Assembly (NCBI GenBank): GCA_029573715.1
Contig: JAKQDR010000172.1
Coordinates: 112,241-176,240, forward strand
Direction of reading: 5' to 3'
Length of the DNA stretch: 64,000 bases
Source of the DNA: a bacterium
Lineage (GTDB): Bacteria > Patescibacteriota > Microgenomatia > UBA1406 > GWC2-37-13
Below are positions 57,027-64,000 of this stretch, one piece after another (the stretch's first letter is position 1; each line of letters begins with the position of its first letter). A program made the position numbers and the translations under genes. A model generated the notes under the pieces. That model was not told the origin of the DNA, made no database searches, and saw nothing but the letters and a program-made list of their open reading frames with translations.

Positions 57027-57126
57027 GCCGCGGTGGTGGAACATTCAACTCGGACTTGCCGATACGTAAGTACGGCTTAGAGCGAGTGAATCCCCTCACC
57101 ACGTGTGGTGAGTGGGGGCAGACACG
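57027..57126 (+). repeat. 5' fragment of tRNA-Leu(UAA) (acceptor 5' strand plus D-arm) split in the D-loop by a 74-nt two-hairpin element in inverted orientation (57043-57116)
   Basis: GCCGCGGTGGTGGAAC (57027-57042) plus GGCAGACACG (57117-57126) equal positions 1-26 of the intact gene at 57183. The reverse complement of the insert is CCCACTCACCACACGTGGTGAGGGGATTCACTCGCTCTAAGCCGTACTTACGTATCGGCAAGTCCGAGTTGAAT. Confidence 0.8.
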
Positions 57127-57182
57127 ATGCGAAGCATCGCTATAATGACAAGATGAATTGATAGTGACAAATGTGAGAGTAC

Positions 57183-57266
57183 GCCGCGGTGGTGGAACGG
57201 CAGACACGCAGGACTTAAAATCCTGTTCCTGTATAAGGAGTGAGGGTTCGACCCCCTCCCGCGGCA
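57183..57266 (+). tRNA. tRNA-Leu(UAA), long variable arm, CCA not encoded
   Basis: GCCGCGGTGGTGGAACGGCAGACACGCAGGACTTAAAATCCTGTTCCTGTATAAGGAGTGAGGGTTCGACCCCCTCCCGCGGCA. Confidence 0.9.
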
Positions 57267-57335
57267 CTTGCAAAGGGATGGGGGGAGAAGTTTGTCGAAG
57301 GACAGCGAGGATGTATTAAGGCTCAAGCCCGTAAC

Positions 57336-59051
57336 ATGGAGGGCAATACTCGTATGCACGACTCACCACCGTCATCAAAACAATCATTGCAATGGCCACA
57401 GATACTCTTGTATGGCCTGGTCATACTCGGCACTGTGCTTAATCTACTCTATATTATTCCCAATGGCCATGTTACATGTGTTGATGCAACATGTGGCATT
57501 CGAATTGGAGAATGGCATTATCACGATGCACTCTGGCATATCGCCGTAGCGCGCAATTCATTTACCTCATTTCCACTACTCTTCCCTTCTGCATCTGGCT
57601 TTGAACTTACATCATACAACTACCTGTTGGGCTTCATAATATTTCTATTTGAGTGGACAAAGCTCGATCCATTTTTTGTATATTTTAAACTACTACCACT
57701 AATTGGCAATGTGCTCCTAGTTTACACACTTTTTCGATATTTTAGTCATACGCAAAAGACAAGATGGCAACAGATATGGATTACATTTTTCATGTACTTT
57801 GGATCCTCGCTTTCGTACCTGCTCATATGGTATCGAGGTAATCTTGTTGAATTTAGCATACTTAAAGGTTTTCCGGTCGTTGCAACCGTGCAGCCTGCAT
57901 TTGTACTTTCGAATGTGCAGTTTTTTCTCACCATACCTATCATCCTCTATATTTTCACCGATATCGTGACCAGAAACAGATCCCCCCATACACGTCTTAT
58001 CCACGCATCTCTACTCGCTCTTTCTATTGGTCTTAAAATCTATAGCGGGCTATTTGTCGGACTTATTCTTCTTATTGGCCTTATAGACGAATTCATTTCA
58101 AACAATAATTTTAAAAGTACATTGATATCGGGAGCCACCTATTTGTGTGTATCAATTGTTTCCGTACTAATCTTTTATCTTCCATTTCGCATGAGTTCTT
58201 CAGCATTTCCATTTGTGTGGGCTCCCTTTGCCATACCTCATGTCATCACAGAATCGCCCGGCTTGTTCTATCATAAAGATTTTACGCTCGGCAGATATTT
58301 TATGTATGGGCTCGGCACGATTTCTCCACGTCTAATCTTCTATGAACTTCTAAGCACCATGTTTTTTATTTTGTGGAATTTGGGGAGTCGTGTCATTGTG
58401 TTTGTCATCGTGCCCCTTTTAATCTTTCGTAAGGCAATACATCGAGAACACAGCATATTGTTTGCACTCGGATCTATAGGGCTCATCCTCCCCATACTGT
58501 TTATTCAATCAGGTGGTGGATGGTACAACACCATTCAATTTGCATACGTAGGGGTGTATTTGCTGGGTGTTCTTGCGGGTCTTTGTCTAGCTGTAATGAC
58601 TCAAAGTCGATTCTTATTGATGCGTGTATTTGTCATTTTCTTCGTGATAATTACTATTCCCAACAATCTACTCATGTTTTCATTGCTCGCGAAAGAAAAA
58701 TTACTTATTTCAAGTGAAGAAATACACGTGTTGACGGCCCTCAAGCAGGAGCCGCGCGGAGTTGTCTTGTCGTTTCCCGATGATAAAAATTCATCTTATG
58801 TCCCCGCTTTGTCAAACAAAATTGGTTACATGATTGACTACGAGCAGGCTCGATTGCTTGGACTACCGGTAGAAGAGCGCATTAAAAAAGTTGAGGCAAG
58901 AGATTGTTCAGTGCTTGCTGACGTTCGGTATGTGTACGTGAATTCTATCAAAGGGACAGAATATCTTGAGTGTCCCGGATTTATTGATGTGTTTAGATTG
59001 CGTCATACAAAGGGTGAGATAAGCCTGTACATGAAAATTGATTATCTTTAG
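57336..59051 (+). CDS. large polytopic membrane protein (GT-C / O-antigen-polymerase-like), function unknown
   Basis: The track ORF starts at 57240 inside the tRNA gene. I moved the start to the first ATG after the tRNA (MEGNTRMHDS...). The protein has more than 10 hydrophobic segments. Confidence 0.6.
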   Translation: MEGNTRMHDSPPSSKQSLQWPQILLYGLVILGTVLNLLYIIPNGHVTCVDATCGIRIGEWHYHDALWHIAVARNSFTSFPLLFPSASGFELTSYNYLLGFIIFLFEWTKLDPFFVYFKLLPLIGNVLLVYTLFRYFSHTQKTRWQQIWITFFMYFGSSLSYLLIWYRGNLVEFSILKGFPVVATVQPAFVLSNVQFFLTIPIILYIFTDIVTRNRSPHTRLIHASLLALSIGLKIYSGLFVGLILLIGLIDEFISNNNFKSTLISGATYLCVSIVSVLIFYLPFRMSSSAFPFVWAPFAIPHVITESPGLFYHKDFTLGRYFMYGLGTISPRLIFYELLSTMFFILWNLGSRVIVFVIVPLLIFRKAIHREHSILFALGSIGLILPILFIQSGGGWYNTIQFAYVGVYLLGVLAGLCLAVMTQSRFLLMRVFVIFFVIITIPNNLLMFSLLAKEKLLISSEEIHVLTALKQEPRGVVLSFPDDKNSSYVPALSNKIGYMIDYEQARLLGLPVEERIKKVEARDCSVLADVRYVYVNSIKGTEYLECPGFIDVFRLRHTKGEISLYMKIDYL

Positions 59052-59106
59052 TGTCGCACTACTTATAGTATGTTTGGCCTCTCGATGATAAAATATGAGG
59101 GTTGTC

Positions 59107-59178
59107 GCCGCCTTAGCTCAGTGGTAGAGCACTCGCTTTGTAAGCGAATGGTCGCGGGTTCGAATCCGGCAGGCGGCT
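59107..59178 (+). tRNA. tRNA-Thr(UGU), CCA not encoded, one G-G mismatch in the T-stem
   Basis: GCCGCCTTAGCTCAGTGGTAGAGCACTCGCTTTGTAAGCGAATGGTCGCGGGTTCGAATCCGGCAGGCGGCT. The acceptor stem is perfect, while T-stem GCGGG/CCGGC has a central mismatch. Confidence 0.75.
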
Positions 59179-59197
59179 CATAGCTTGGAGTAACAAC

Positions 59198-59225
59198 AGA
59201 TATGAGTTGGTAGATATGAGTTGGT
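59198..59225 (+). repeat. exact 14-nt tandem duplication AGATATGAGTTGGT x2
   Basis: Read directly. It lies inside the decayed tRNA-Thr copy. Confidence 0.9.
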
Positions 59226-59230
59226 CGATC

Positions 59231-59326
59231 GGGTTCCCCGCTTCGCATATTGCTTTGCGGGATAAACTGGCAGGTAATGCTCATTGCATTCGCAAACTGC
59301 CAGTTGAACGAATCCGGCAGGCGGCT
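59231..59326 (+). repeat. truncated copy of the tRNA-Thr T-arm and acceptor 3' strand, split in the T-loop by a 72-nt two-hairpin element (59237-59308)
   Basis: GGGTTC plus CGAATCCGGCAGGCGGCTCATAG reproduce the tRNA 3' end and 5 trailer nt. The insert is CCCGCTTCGCATATTGCTTTGCGGGATAAACTGGCAGGTAATGCTCATTGCATTCGCAAACTGCCAGTTGAA. Confidence 0.8.
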
Positions 59327-59336
59327 CATAGTTCAA

Positions 59337-59413
59337 GGCCTCATAGCTCAATTGGACAGAGCAACTCCCTTCTAAGGAGTAGGTTGGCCGTTCGATTCGG
59401 CCTGAGGTCACCA
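59337..59413 (+). tRNA. tRNA-Arg(UCU), CCA encoded
   Basis: GGCCTCATAGCTCAATTGGACAGAGCAACTCCCTTCTAAGGAGTAGGTTGGCCGTTCGATTCGGCCTGAGGTCACCA. The final A is also the A of ATG 59413. Confidence 0.9.
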
Positions 59414-60675
59414 TGAATTCAGTAAGTAGTAACAAAAAGAAGTATCTATTCTTCCCTATCGAGATCGGACTTGCCCATATTTGCCGTTCTCTCGCTGTTG
59501 CCGAGGAGCTTGTTGCGCGGGGTCACACGGTGTATTTTGCTCTCCCTAAGCGCAAATGGAAGTTGTTTTCTCATACCACCGTTACTTTAGTTTCGATTGA
59601 AAGTTATGTAGCTGCTGACGATTTCGGCATGAATGTGAAACTGTTTCGAGATCCAAAACTTATCGATCGGGTGGTATCAGAGGAATTAGCGCTCATTGAC
59701 AAGTACAATCCTGATGCAGTAATTGTTGATTTCCGTATTTCTGCTTTTGCGGCAGCTACCATACGAGGTATATGCACGTTTGCTATTTTTGTGGGCGACG
59801 GCCTCCCTTATGGTGCTCATTTGCCTAATCCCGGCCTGCCTCGATGGGCATATCGATTGTTTCGTAATGTCTTTCCAAAATTGTATGATGTGGCATCACG
59901 CTGGTACCTCAACCCGTTTATCAAATATATGCGAAATCATGGGGTACACACATCATTTGATGCGTGGATGCGTGCAGTTACCTATATCGTCCCTGAAGCG
60001 CCGTTTTATATGCCTCCTGCCTCATCAACACTCCAGGTGCATCACACAGGTACCCTCGGTTGGTATGCATTTGATAATCCAATACCCCCATGGCTTGACA
60101 AGATGTGCCCGGATGGACGCACCGTGTATGTAAGTTTTGGAGGTACCGGGTTTGATAAAAACAAACCAATCGAAATCTGCATGGCCCTTGTGAAGAAGGG
60201 TTATCGTGTAATTGTCACAACAGGATCAATTTCAAACCCGTCCGACTATCCATCACATCCCAATCTTTTTGTCACGACTTTTTTGCCAGGCAACACAATA
60301 TCTAAAAAAATTGATGTGCTTGTGTGTCATGGGGGGTATGGCACGATGATGGATGCGATTCAATGTGGGGTACCGGTTGTTGCAATTCCTTTTAATCCCG
60401 ATCAGATATTACACGCAGCACGCATGCAGGAGCTTGGGCTTGCCAAATCTCTTCTGACGCTTTCCGCCCGTGACACATATAATGCGTTTACGTTTCAATG
60501 GAAACATATTGAGGAAAAAGGCAAGCAAATACCATCAAGCACCATTGTCCAGGCAGTGGATGAGTTGATAAAGAAGAAAGATTTGTATCAAACCAATATT
60601 CGAAACTTTAACGCGAAATATCCCAGCACCAACGGCGCATCAGAAGCTGCTGATATAGTTGAAAAGGGCCGTTAG
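59413..60675 (+). CDS. GT1-family (MGT/UDP-glycosyltransferase-like) glycosyltransferase
   Basis: It has the C-terminal nucleotide-sugar signature VCHGGYGTMMDAIQCGVPVVAIPFNPDQ. Confidence 0.75.
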   Translation: MNSVSSNKKKYLFFPIEIGLAHICRSLAVAEELVARGHTVYFALPKRKWKLFSHTTVTLVSIESYVAADDFGMNVKLFRDPKLIDRVVSEELALIDKYNPDAVIVDFRISAFAAATIRGICTFAIFVGDGLPYGAHLPNPGLPRWAYRLFRNVFPKLYDVASRWYLNPFIKYMRNHGVHTSFDAWMRAVTYIVPEAPFYMPPASSTLQVHHTGTLGWYAFDNPIPPWLDKMCPDGRTVYVSFGGTGFDKNKPIEICMALVKKGYRVIVTTGSISNPSDYPSHPNLFVTTFLPGNTISKKIDVLVCHGGYGTMMDAIQCGVPVVAIPFNPDQILHAARMQELGLAKSLLTLSARDTYNAFTFQWKHIEEKGKQIPSSTIVQAVDELIKKKDLYQTNIRNFNAKYPSTNGASEAADIVEKGR

Positions 60676-60708
60676 TCCCGCGGAGTCTTGACGAACCGGG
60701 AAACCTCC
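60671..60708 (-). repeat. truncated copy (T-stem strand plus hairpin 1 plus ACTAAC) of the tRNA-Leu(GAG)-associated element, overlapping the GT1 stop codon
   Basis: The minus strand reads GGAGGTTTCCCGGTTCGTCAAGACTCCGCGGGACTAAC. Compare GGAGGTTCCCCACTTCGTCAAGACTTCGCGGGACTAAC at 61032-60995. Confidence 0.75.
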
Positions 60709-60935
60709 ACCAGCTTCCTTATTTACTATGAACACATGTGGGTGGCCCGCCACAGTTCGGGCTTTCGGCTTAGGTCGCATATCTGCGACACAAGAATCGT
60801 ATTTCTAACTATCTTGCAATAGTTAGAAACGATCTCTATGCATATTTTCGCTGCGCCTCATGCGCTCACTTATCGGCGGGCATTGATATACCTAACCTCG
60901 CCATATGTTGCTTTGCTCGCTAAGGTATATCAATG

Positions 60936-61032
60936 TGCCCGAGAGAGGATTTGCTCAACGGGCAGTATACGAATGCAATGAGTAGTACCTGCCCGTTAGT
61001 CCCGCGAAGTCTTGACGAAGTGGGGAACCTCC
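60936..61032 (-). repeat. truncated copy of the tRNA-Leu(GAG) T-arm and acceptor 3' strand, split in the T-loop by a 71-nt two-hairpin element (60954-61024)
   Basis: The minus strand reads GGAGGTTC [CCCACTTCGTCAAGACTTCGCGGGACTAACGGGCAGGTACTACTCATTGCATTCGTATACTGCCCGTTGAG] CAAATCCTCTCTCGGGCACA. Confidence 0.8.
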
Positions 61033-61079
61033 AGGTGATAAGGTAATAAAAAGTGTTGCTGCGTGACTCAGATTATATG

Positions 61080-61161
61080 TGCCCGAGAGAGGATTTGAAC
61101 CTCCACTTCTTACGAAACACGCCCCTCAAGCGTGCGCGTCTGCCAGTTCCGCCACTCGGGC
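61080..61161 (-). tRNA. tRNA-Leu(GAG), long variable arm, CCA not encoded
   Basis: The reverse complement is GCCCGAGTGGCGGAACTGGCAGACGCGCACGCTTGAGGGGCGTGTTTCGTAAGAAGTGGAGGTTCAAATCCTCTCTCGGGCA. Confidence 0.9.
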
Positions 61162-61178
61162 AACGAGCTCATATTATA

Positions 61179-62555
61179 TCATTTGTTGCGCGTGACCGTA
61201 AAGATATATGGGTAGTAGAGAAATACCGCAGGCGCATCATCTACGATTTTATTTTGAAATTCAATCAGTAGCTCCTTTTGCATAGAGGCACTATCTGTTG
61301 CTCGATAATCTTCCAAAAGTTTATCAACCTTCGGATTTTCATAACGGGTTATATTAGAGCGTCCTTTCTGACTTGAGTGCCACATGAAATATTGATTAAC
61401 ATCAGAAGGGATGTCCCACATTCCCAATATCATGTCGGCACGCTCACCTGGTCGAAGTCCCTCCACATCTACCGTGATTGTGCCACTAGCGCCCTCCACG
61501 ACATCTTTAATAGTGTGTGCCAAGTTGATGAGTTCTAACGATGTTGCAAGTTTAAGATGAGCAGATTCGGTTGCTTCCGAAAAGAACTTCTTTAAAATTG
61601 CTCGGTTCACTTCAGGGTTTTCAGCAATACGCGGTATTGTAGGGTCATAGTTGACAGATAGAGGAGATATTGGTGAAACTGCGATATTTCCATATTGTTC
61701 AAGAAGAGTAACCGGTATGCTCCCATACAAAGCCATACGCGCATCTCGCTCTTTCAGTATCGGGTGCTCCATATCAAAAAATAGTGCGAGCACGCGTTTG
61801 AAATCACTTGTTTGAGTTGTCTTTGTGTCACTCCACTCACTAAATGTTTCTGTAACAATACTGCCCGTGGTAGAAAATGTGTCAATTTCTCGAAGCTTAT
61901 ATGCAGTAATAAGATCTGCTTCTGATCGATAAAATCGAAAAACCAACTTAGGTTTATTGACCATAAGAGGTGATAAAACGATCTTCTCTAGTCTGTCTCC
62001 TCCCCGCACATAGCGAACCTGAGTGAGGATGTATTCCCCCTTCACTCCTCGAAATGGATTAGTGCTATAAACCGGTTTGGCTAAATACGAGATAAAAAGA
62101 GGAAAAGGTTTGGATAGTTCAAAAAGAATCTTCTCAGGTGTGGGATAACTAATGGTCACATCTTTAAACACAAATGGAATATCATGCGAGGTAAACGGTG
62201 TTCCGTCGGTGTAGACAAGATCACGATGAAGAGTAAGTTCATACTTCGTAAAATCACTGTTATAGCTGTAGGATTTGACGATATCGCTTTCATAGGTGCC
62301 ATCAACTTTTTGTACAAACAAAGGAACAGTAATCACATCAATTACTTCACGGGGCAGATTATCAAGCGTGTATGCTCCACTGAGCCCGACGCGTTGAGTA
62401 TTGGTTGCAAAAAGCTGAATGATTTCTCGTGAGAAAAAGATGTAGAGCGCTATTACGATTGAAGTTATAAAAAACGACCCGATGACATAAAGTGCATACT
62501 TCTTGAGGAAAGCAAGAACGATCCAGTAGTACAAGCGAAACTTCTTTTGGGGCAT
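61179..62555 (-). CDS. membrane-anchored solute-binding protein, family 5 (peptide/nickel ABC type)-like
   Basis: It has an N-terminal TM segment followed by a ~420-aa soluble domain. The resemblance to SBP family 5 is by eye only. Confidence 0.5.
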   Translation of the reverse strand: MPQKKFRLYYWIVLAFLKKYALYVIGSFFITSIVIALYIFFSREIIQLFATNTQRVGLSGAYTLDNLPREVIDVITVPLFVQKVDGTYESDIVKSYSYNSDFTKYELTLHRDLVYTDGTPFTSHDIPFVFKDVTISYPTPEKILFELSKPFPLFISYLAKPVYSTNPFRGVKGEYILTQVRYVRGGDRLEKIVLSPLMVNKPKLVFRFYRSEADLITAYKLREIDTFSTTGSIVTETFSEWSDTKTTQTSDFKRVLALFFDMEHPILKERDARMALYGSIPVTLLEQYGNIAVSPISPLSVNYDPTIPRIAENPEVNRAILKKFFSEATESAHLKLATSLELINLAHTIKDVVEGASGTITVDVEGLRPGERADMILGMWDIPSDVNQYFMWHSSQKGRSNITRYENPKVDKLLEDYRATDSASMQKELLIEFQNKIVDDAPAVFLYYPYIFTVTRNK

Positions 62556-62560
62556 ACGTC

Positions 62561-62779
62561 TTATTTTAGCAGAAGGGCTGCGATTGAGACGCCCAGAAAC
62601 ACCACGATAAAGACCACAGTTAGGCGCATCATGATAAGCTCAACACCGCGTCGTGTTTGAAACGTCTCTCCCCCACCCCCCCATGCGCTCCCAAGGCCAG
62701 CGCCTCTTCCTTGTATAAGGATAAACGTCACAATGAGCACAGACAATAATATGGTAGCTATAGCGGCAACTTGATGCAT
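62561..62779 (-). CDS. secG: preprotein translocase subunit SecG
   Basis: 72 aa with two TM segments flanking the Gly-rich loop LIQGRGAGLGSAWGGGGETF. Confidence 0.85.
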   Translation of the reverse strand: MHQVAAIATILLSVLIVTFILIQGRGAGLGSAWGGGGETFQTRRGVELIMMRLTVVFIVVFLGVSIAALLLK

Positions 62780-62792
62780 ATGTGTGTAGGCA

Positions 62793-64000
62793 TTATACCA
62801 AAGATTTCGTCTTATCTCTCAAATACGTGTGGTATTTTTTCGCAAAACGATGGGCTTCATCGCGCAAGTGTTGTATCAAACGAAAGCCGCGGTGATGTCT
62901 TAGTGGGCGCAGTGTCGGAAATCCCGGAACTCCGATGATTATCCTGTCAGGATGCTTCGCAATGCCGATATATGGAACTTGTGTAATTGGGGAGGGAGTG
63001 CCCATTTGATGTGCAAGCTGACTCATCACCTTTTCAACGGCTTTAAGCTGTGGTTTTCCTCCGTCAATAACGATAAGATGCGGCTTGCTCCACTTTGTGT
63101 TTTGATTGCGTCGTATCATAACTTCTTGCATCATTTCAAAGTCGCTGGTGTGCGAAAGCTTTAATTTAAAACGCTTGTACTCTTTTTTATCGATACGTCC
63201 ATCAGTAAACACAACCATACTTGCGGTAGCATGGTCAAAGTCCAGTGTTGAATTGTCATAGCACTCAATACGATGTAGTTTCGTAAGAGTAGGAAAGAAA
63301 GGGGTGATGAGCTCTTTGAGCTCATGGAGCGCTTTTTCAGGAGTGCTTGCCATCTGTGTTGTAGTATGAATGAAAGATCCATGTGTCAGAAGCTTTTCAA
63401 GGTGATAAAGTGAATCTCGTAACTTCATGGCGTGTTCATATTCTTGTTTTTGGGTATGAAGGCGTATTTCTTTTTGCAGATATCGAGAAACCAGTTCAGT
63501 TTTTCCCTCCAAAATCTTCACAATAAGTCGGATATTTGCGCGATATGTGCGCTTGAGTTTCTCTTGAATTATTTTATTTTCAACTGAGTGAATTGCACTA
63601 GGACAGGGATCACAGAGTCCAAGTTTGTGATAGAAGCAGGCTCGTTTTTGGAGTGATTTCTGCATGCAAAATGGCACTACCCTGCGCACTCCACGCAGTA
63701 CCCCCTCAACAGACTTCATTGAGTCAAATGGACCAAAGTATTTTGCCTTGTCGTCATATTCCTTTCGTACAATAAGCACTTTAGGATATGGCTCTTTCAC
63801 GGTGATTTTAATATAGAGATAACTCTTATCATCGCGCCAGCGCACATTATATTTTGGCTTGAAGTGGGAAATAAGTTCTGACTCAAGCACCAGAGCAAGA
63901 AATTCAGATTCGGTGTATACGACATCTATGGCATCGGCAAGTTCCTGGATTTGAGCTTCCTTAAGATCGGTCTTTGCGTTTTGTCGATGTGAGGCTAGAC
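62793..64000 (-). CDS. uvrC: excinuclease ABC subunit C (5' end beyond window)
   Basis: The frame stays open upstream of the track start (..VVYTESEFLALVLESELISHFKPKYNVRWRDDKSYLYIKI). A UVR-like segment and the C-terminal endonuclease/RNase H-like region IDGGKPQL are present. Confidence 0.9.
   Translation of the reverse strand, partial: LASHRQNAKTDLKEAQIQELADAIDVVYTESEFLALVLESELISHFKPKYNVRWRDDKSYLYIKITVKEPYPKVLIVRKEYDDKAKYFGPFDSMKSVEGVLRGVRRVVPFCMQKSLQKRACFYHKLGLCDPCPSAIHSVENKIIQEKLKRTYRANIRLIVKILEGKTELVSRYLQKEIRLHTQKQEYEHAMKLRDSLYHLEKLLTHGSFIHTTTQMASTPEKALHELKELITPFFPTLTKLHRIECYDNSTLDFDHATASMVVFTDGRIDKKEYKRFKLKLSHTSDFEMMQEVMIRRNQNTKWSKPHLIVIDGGKPQLKAVEKVMSQLAHQMGTPSPITQVPYIGIAKHPDRIIIGVPGFPTLRPLRHHRGFRLIQHLRDEAHRFAKKYHTYLRDKTKSLV

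Noticed and set aside
57240-57335. Track start of ORF 57240..59051
   Set aside because: The first 27 nt overlap tRNA-Leu(UAA), and the N-terminal translation (RVRPPPAALAKG...) reads through tRNA sequence. I moved the start to ATG 57336.
59063-59435. Track ORFs 59063..59329, 59178..59435 and 59207..59416 over the tRNA-Thr/Arg region
   Set aside because: They overlap two tRNA genes and the repeat element, so they are not credible coding sequence.

Overview
The window reads as one chromosome segment from a streamlined, AT-rich bacterium. Several traits point to the Candidate Phyla Radiation (Patescibacteria). The 16S rRNA gene stands alone, is about 1.8 kb long, carries four expansion segments and has mismatches at the 515F primer site. 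PheT is short, trigger factor lacks its PPIase domain, and the native start codons I inspected by eye mostly lack Shine-Dalgarno sequences. The standard genetic code applies. Housekeeping content: trpS, thrC and thrS-infC-rpmI-rplT-pheS-pheT on the minus strand; uvrA, uvrB and uvrC; ruvA and ruvB; plsY-gpsA-murI; uppS; secG; hypA-hypB; PMM/PGM; two IMPase-family genes; several GT-C and GT1 envelope glycosyltransferases; and eight tRNA genes. Unusual content: (1) Five of the eight tRNA genes sit next to truncated tRNA copies. Four of those copies are split exactly in the T-loop or D-loop by a conserved, non-coding 71-76 nt two-hairpin element. This is my lead candidate for an undescribed tRNA-loop-targeting element. 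(2) Two strongly GC-rich islands encoding secreted-looking proteins (one with a long Pro/Thr-rich linker) lie in AT-rich DNA. Each is followed by the same palindrome and a ~90-nt structured repeat. (3) The palindrome arm CCCTCACC/GGTGAGGG also closes two of the 16S expansion segments. (4) Degenerate heptanucleotide tandem arrays occur inside CDSs and in spacers. (5) A tandem family of small 4-Cys proteins is present, and two members are interrupted by in-frame stop codons. (6) A 1141-aa protein carries Y/F-Q-x-V-x-P-P repeats. (7) A Doc-type toxin gene has an overlapping small upstream ORF. I recognised no CRISPR array, cas gene, transposase, integrase or phage structural gene. All functional calls rest on motif recognition by eye; no database search was possible.
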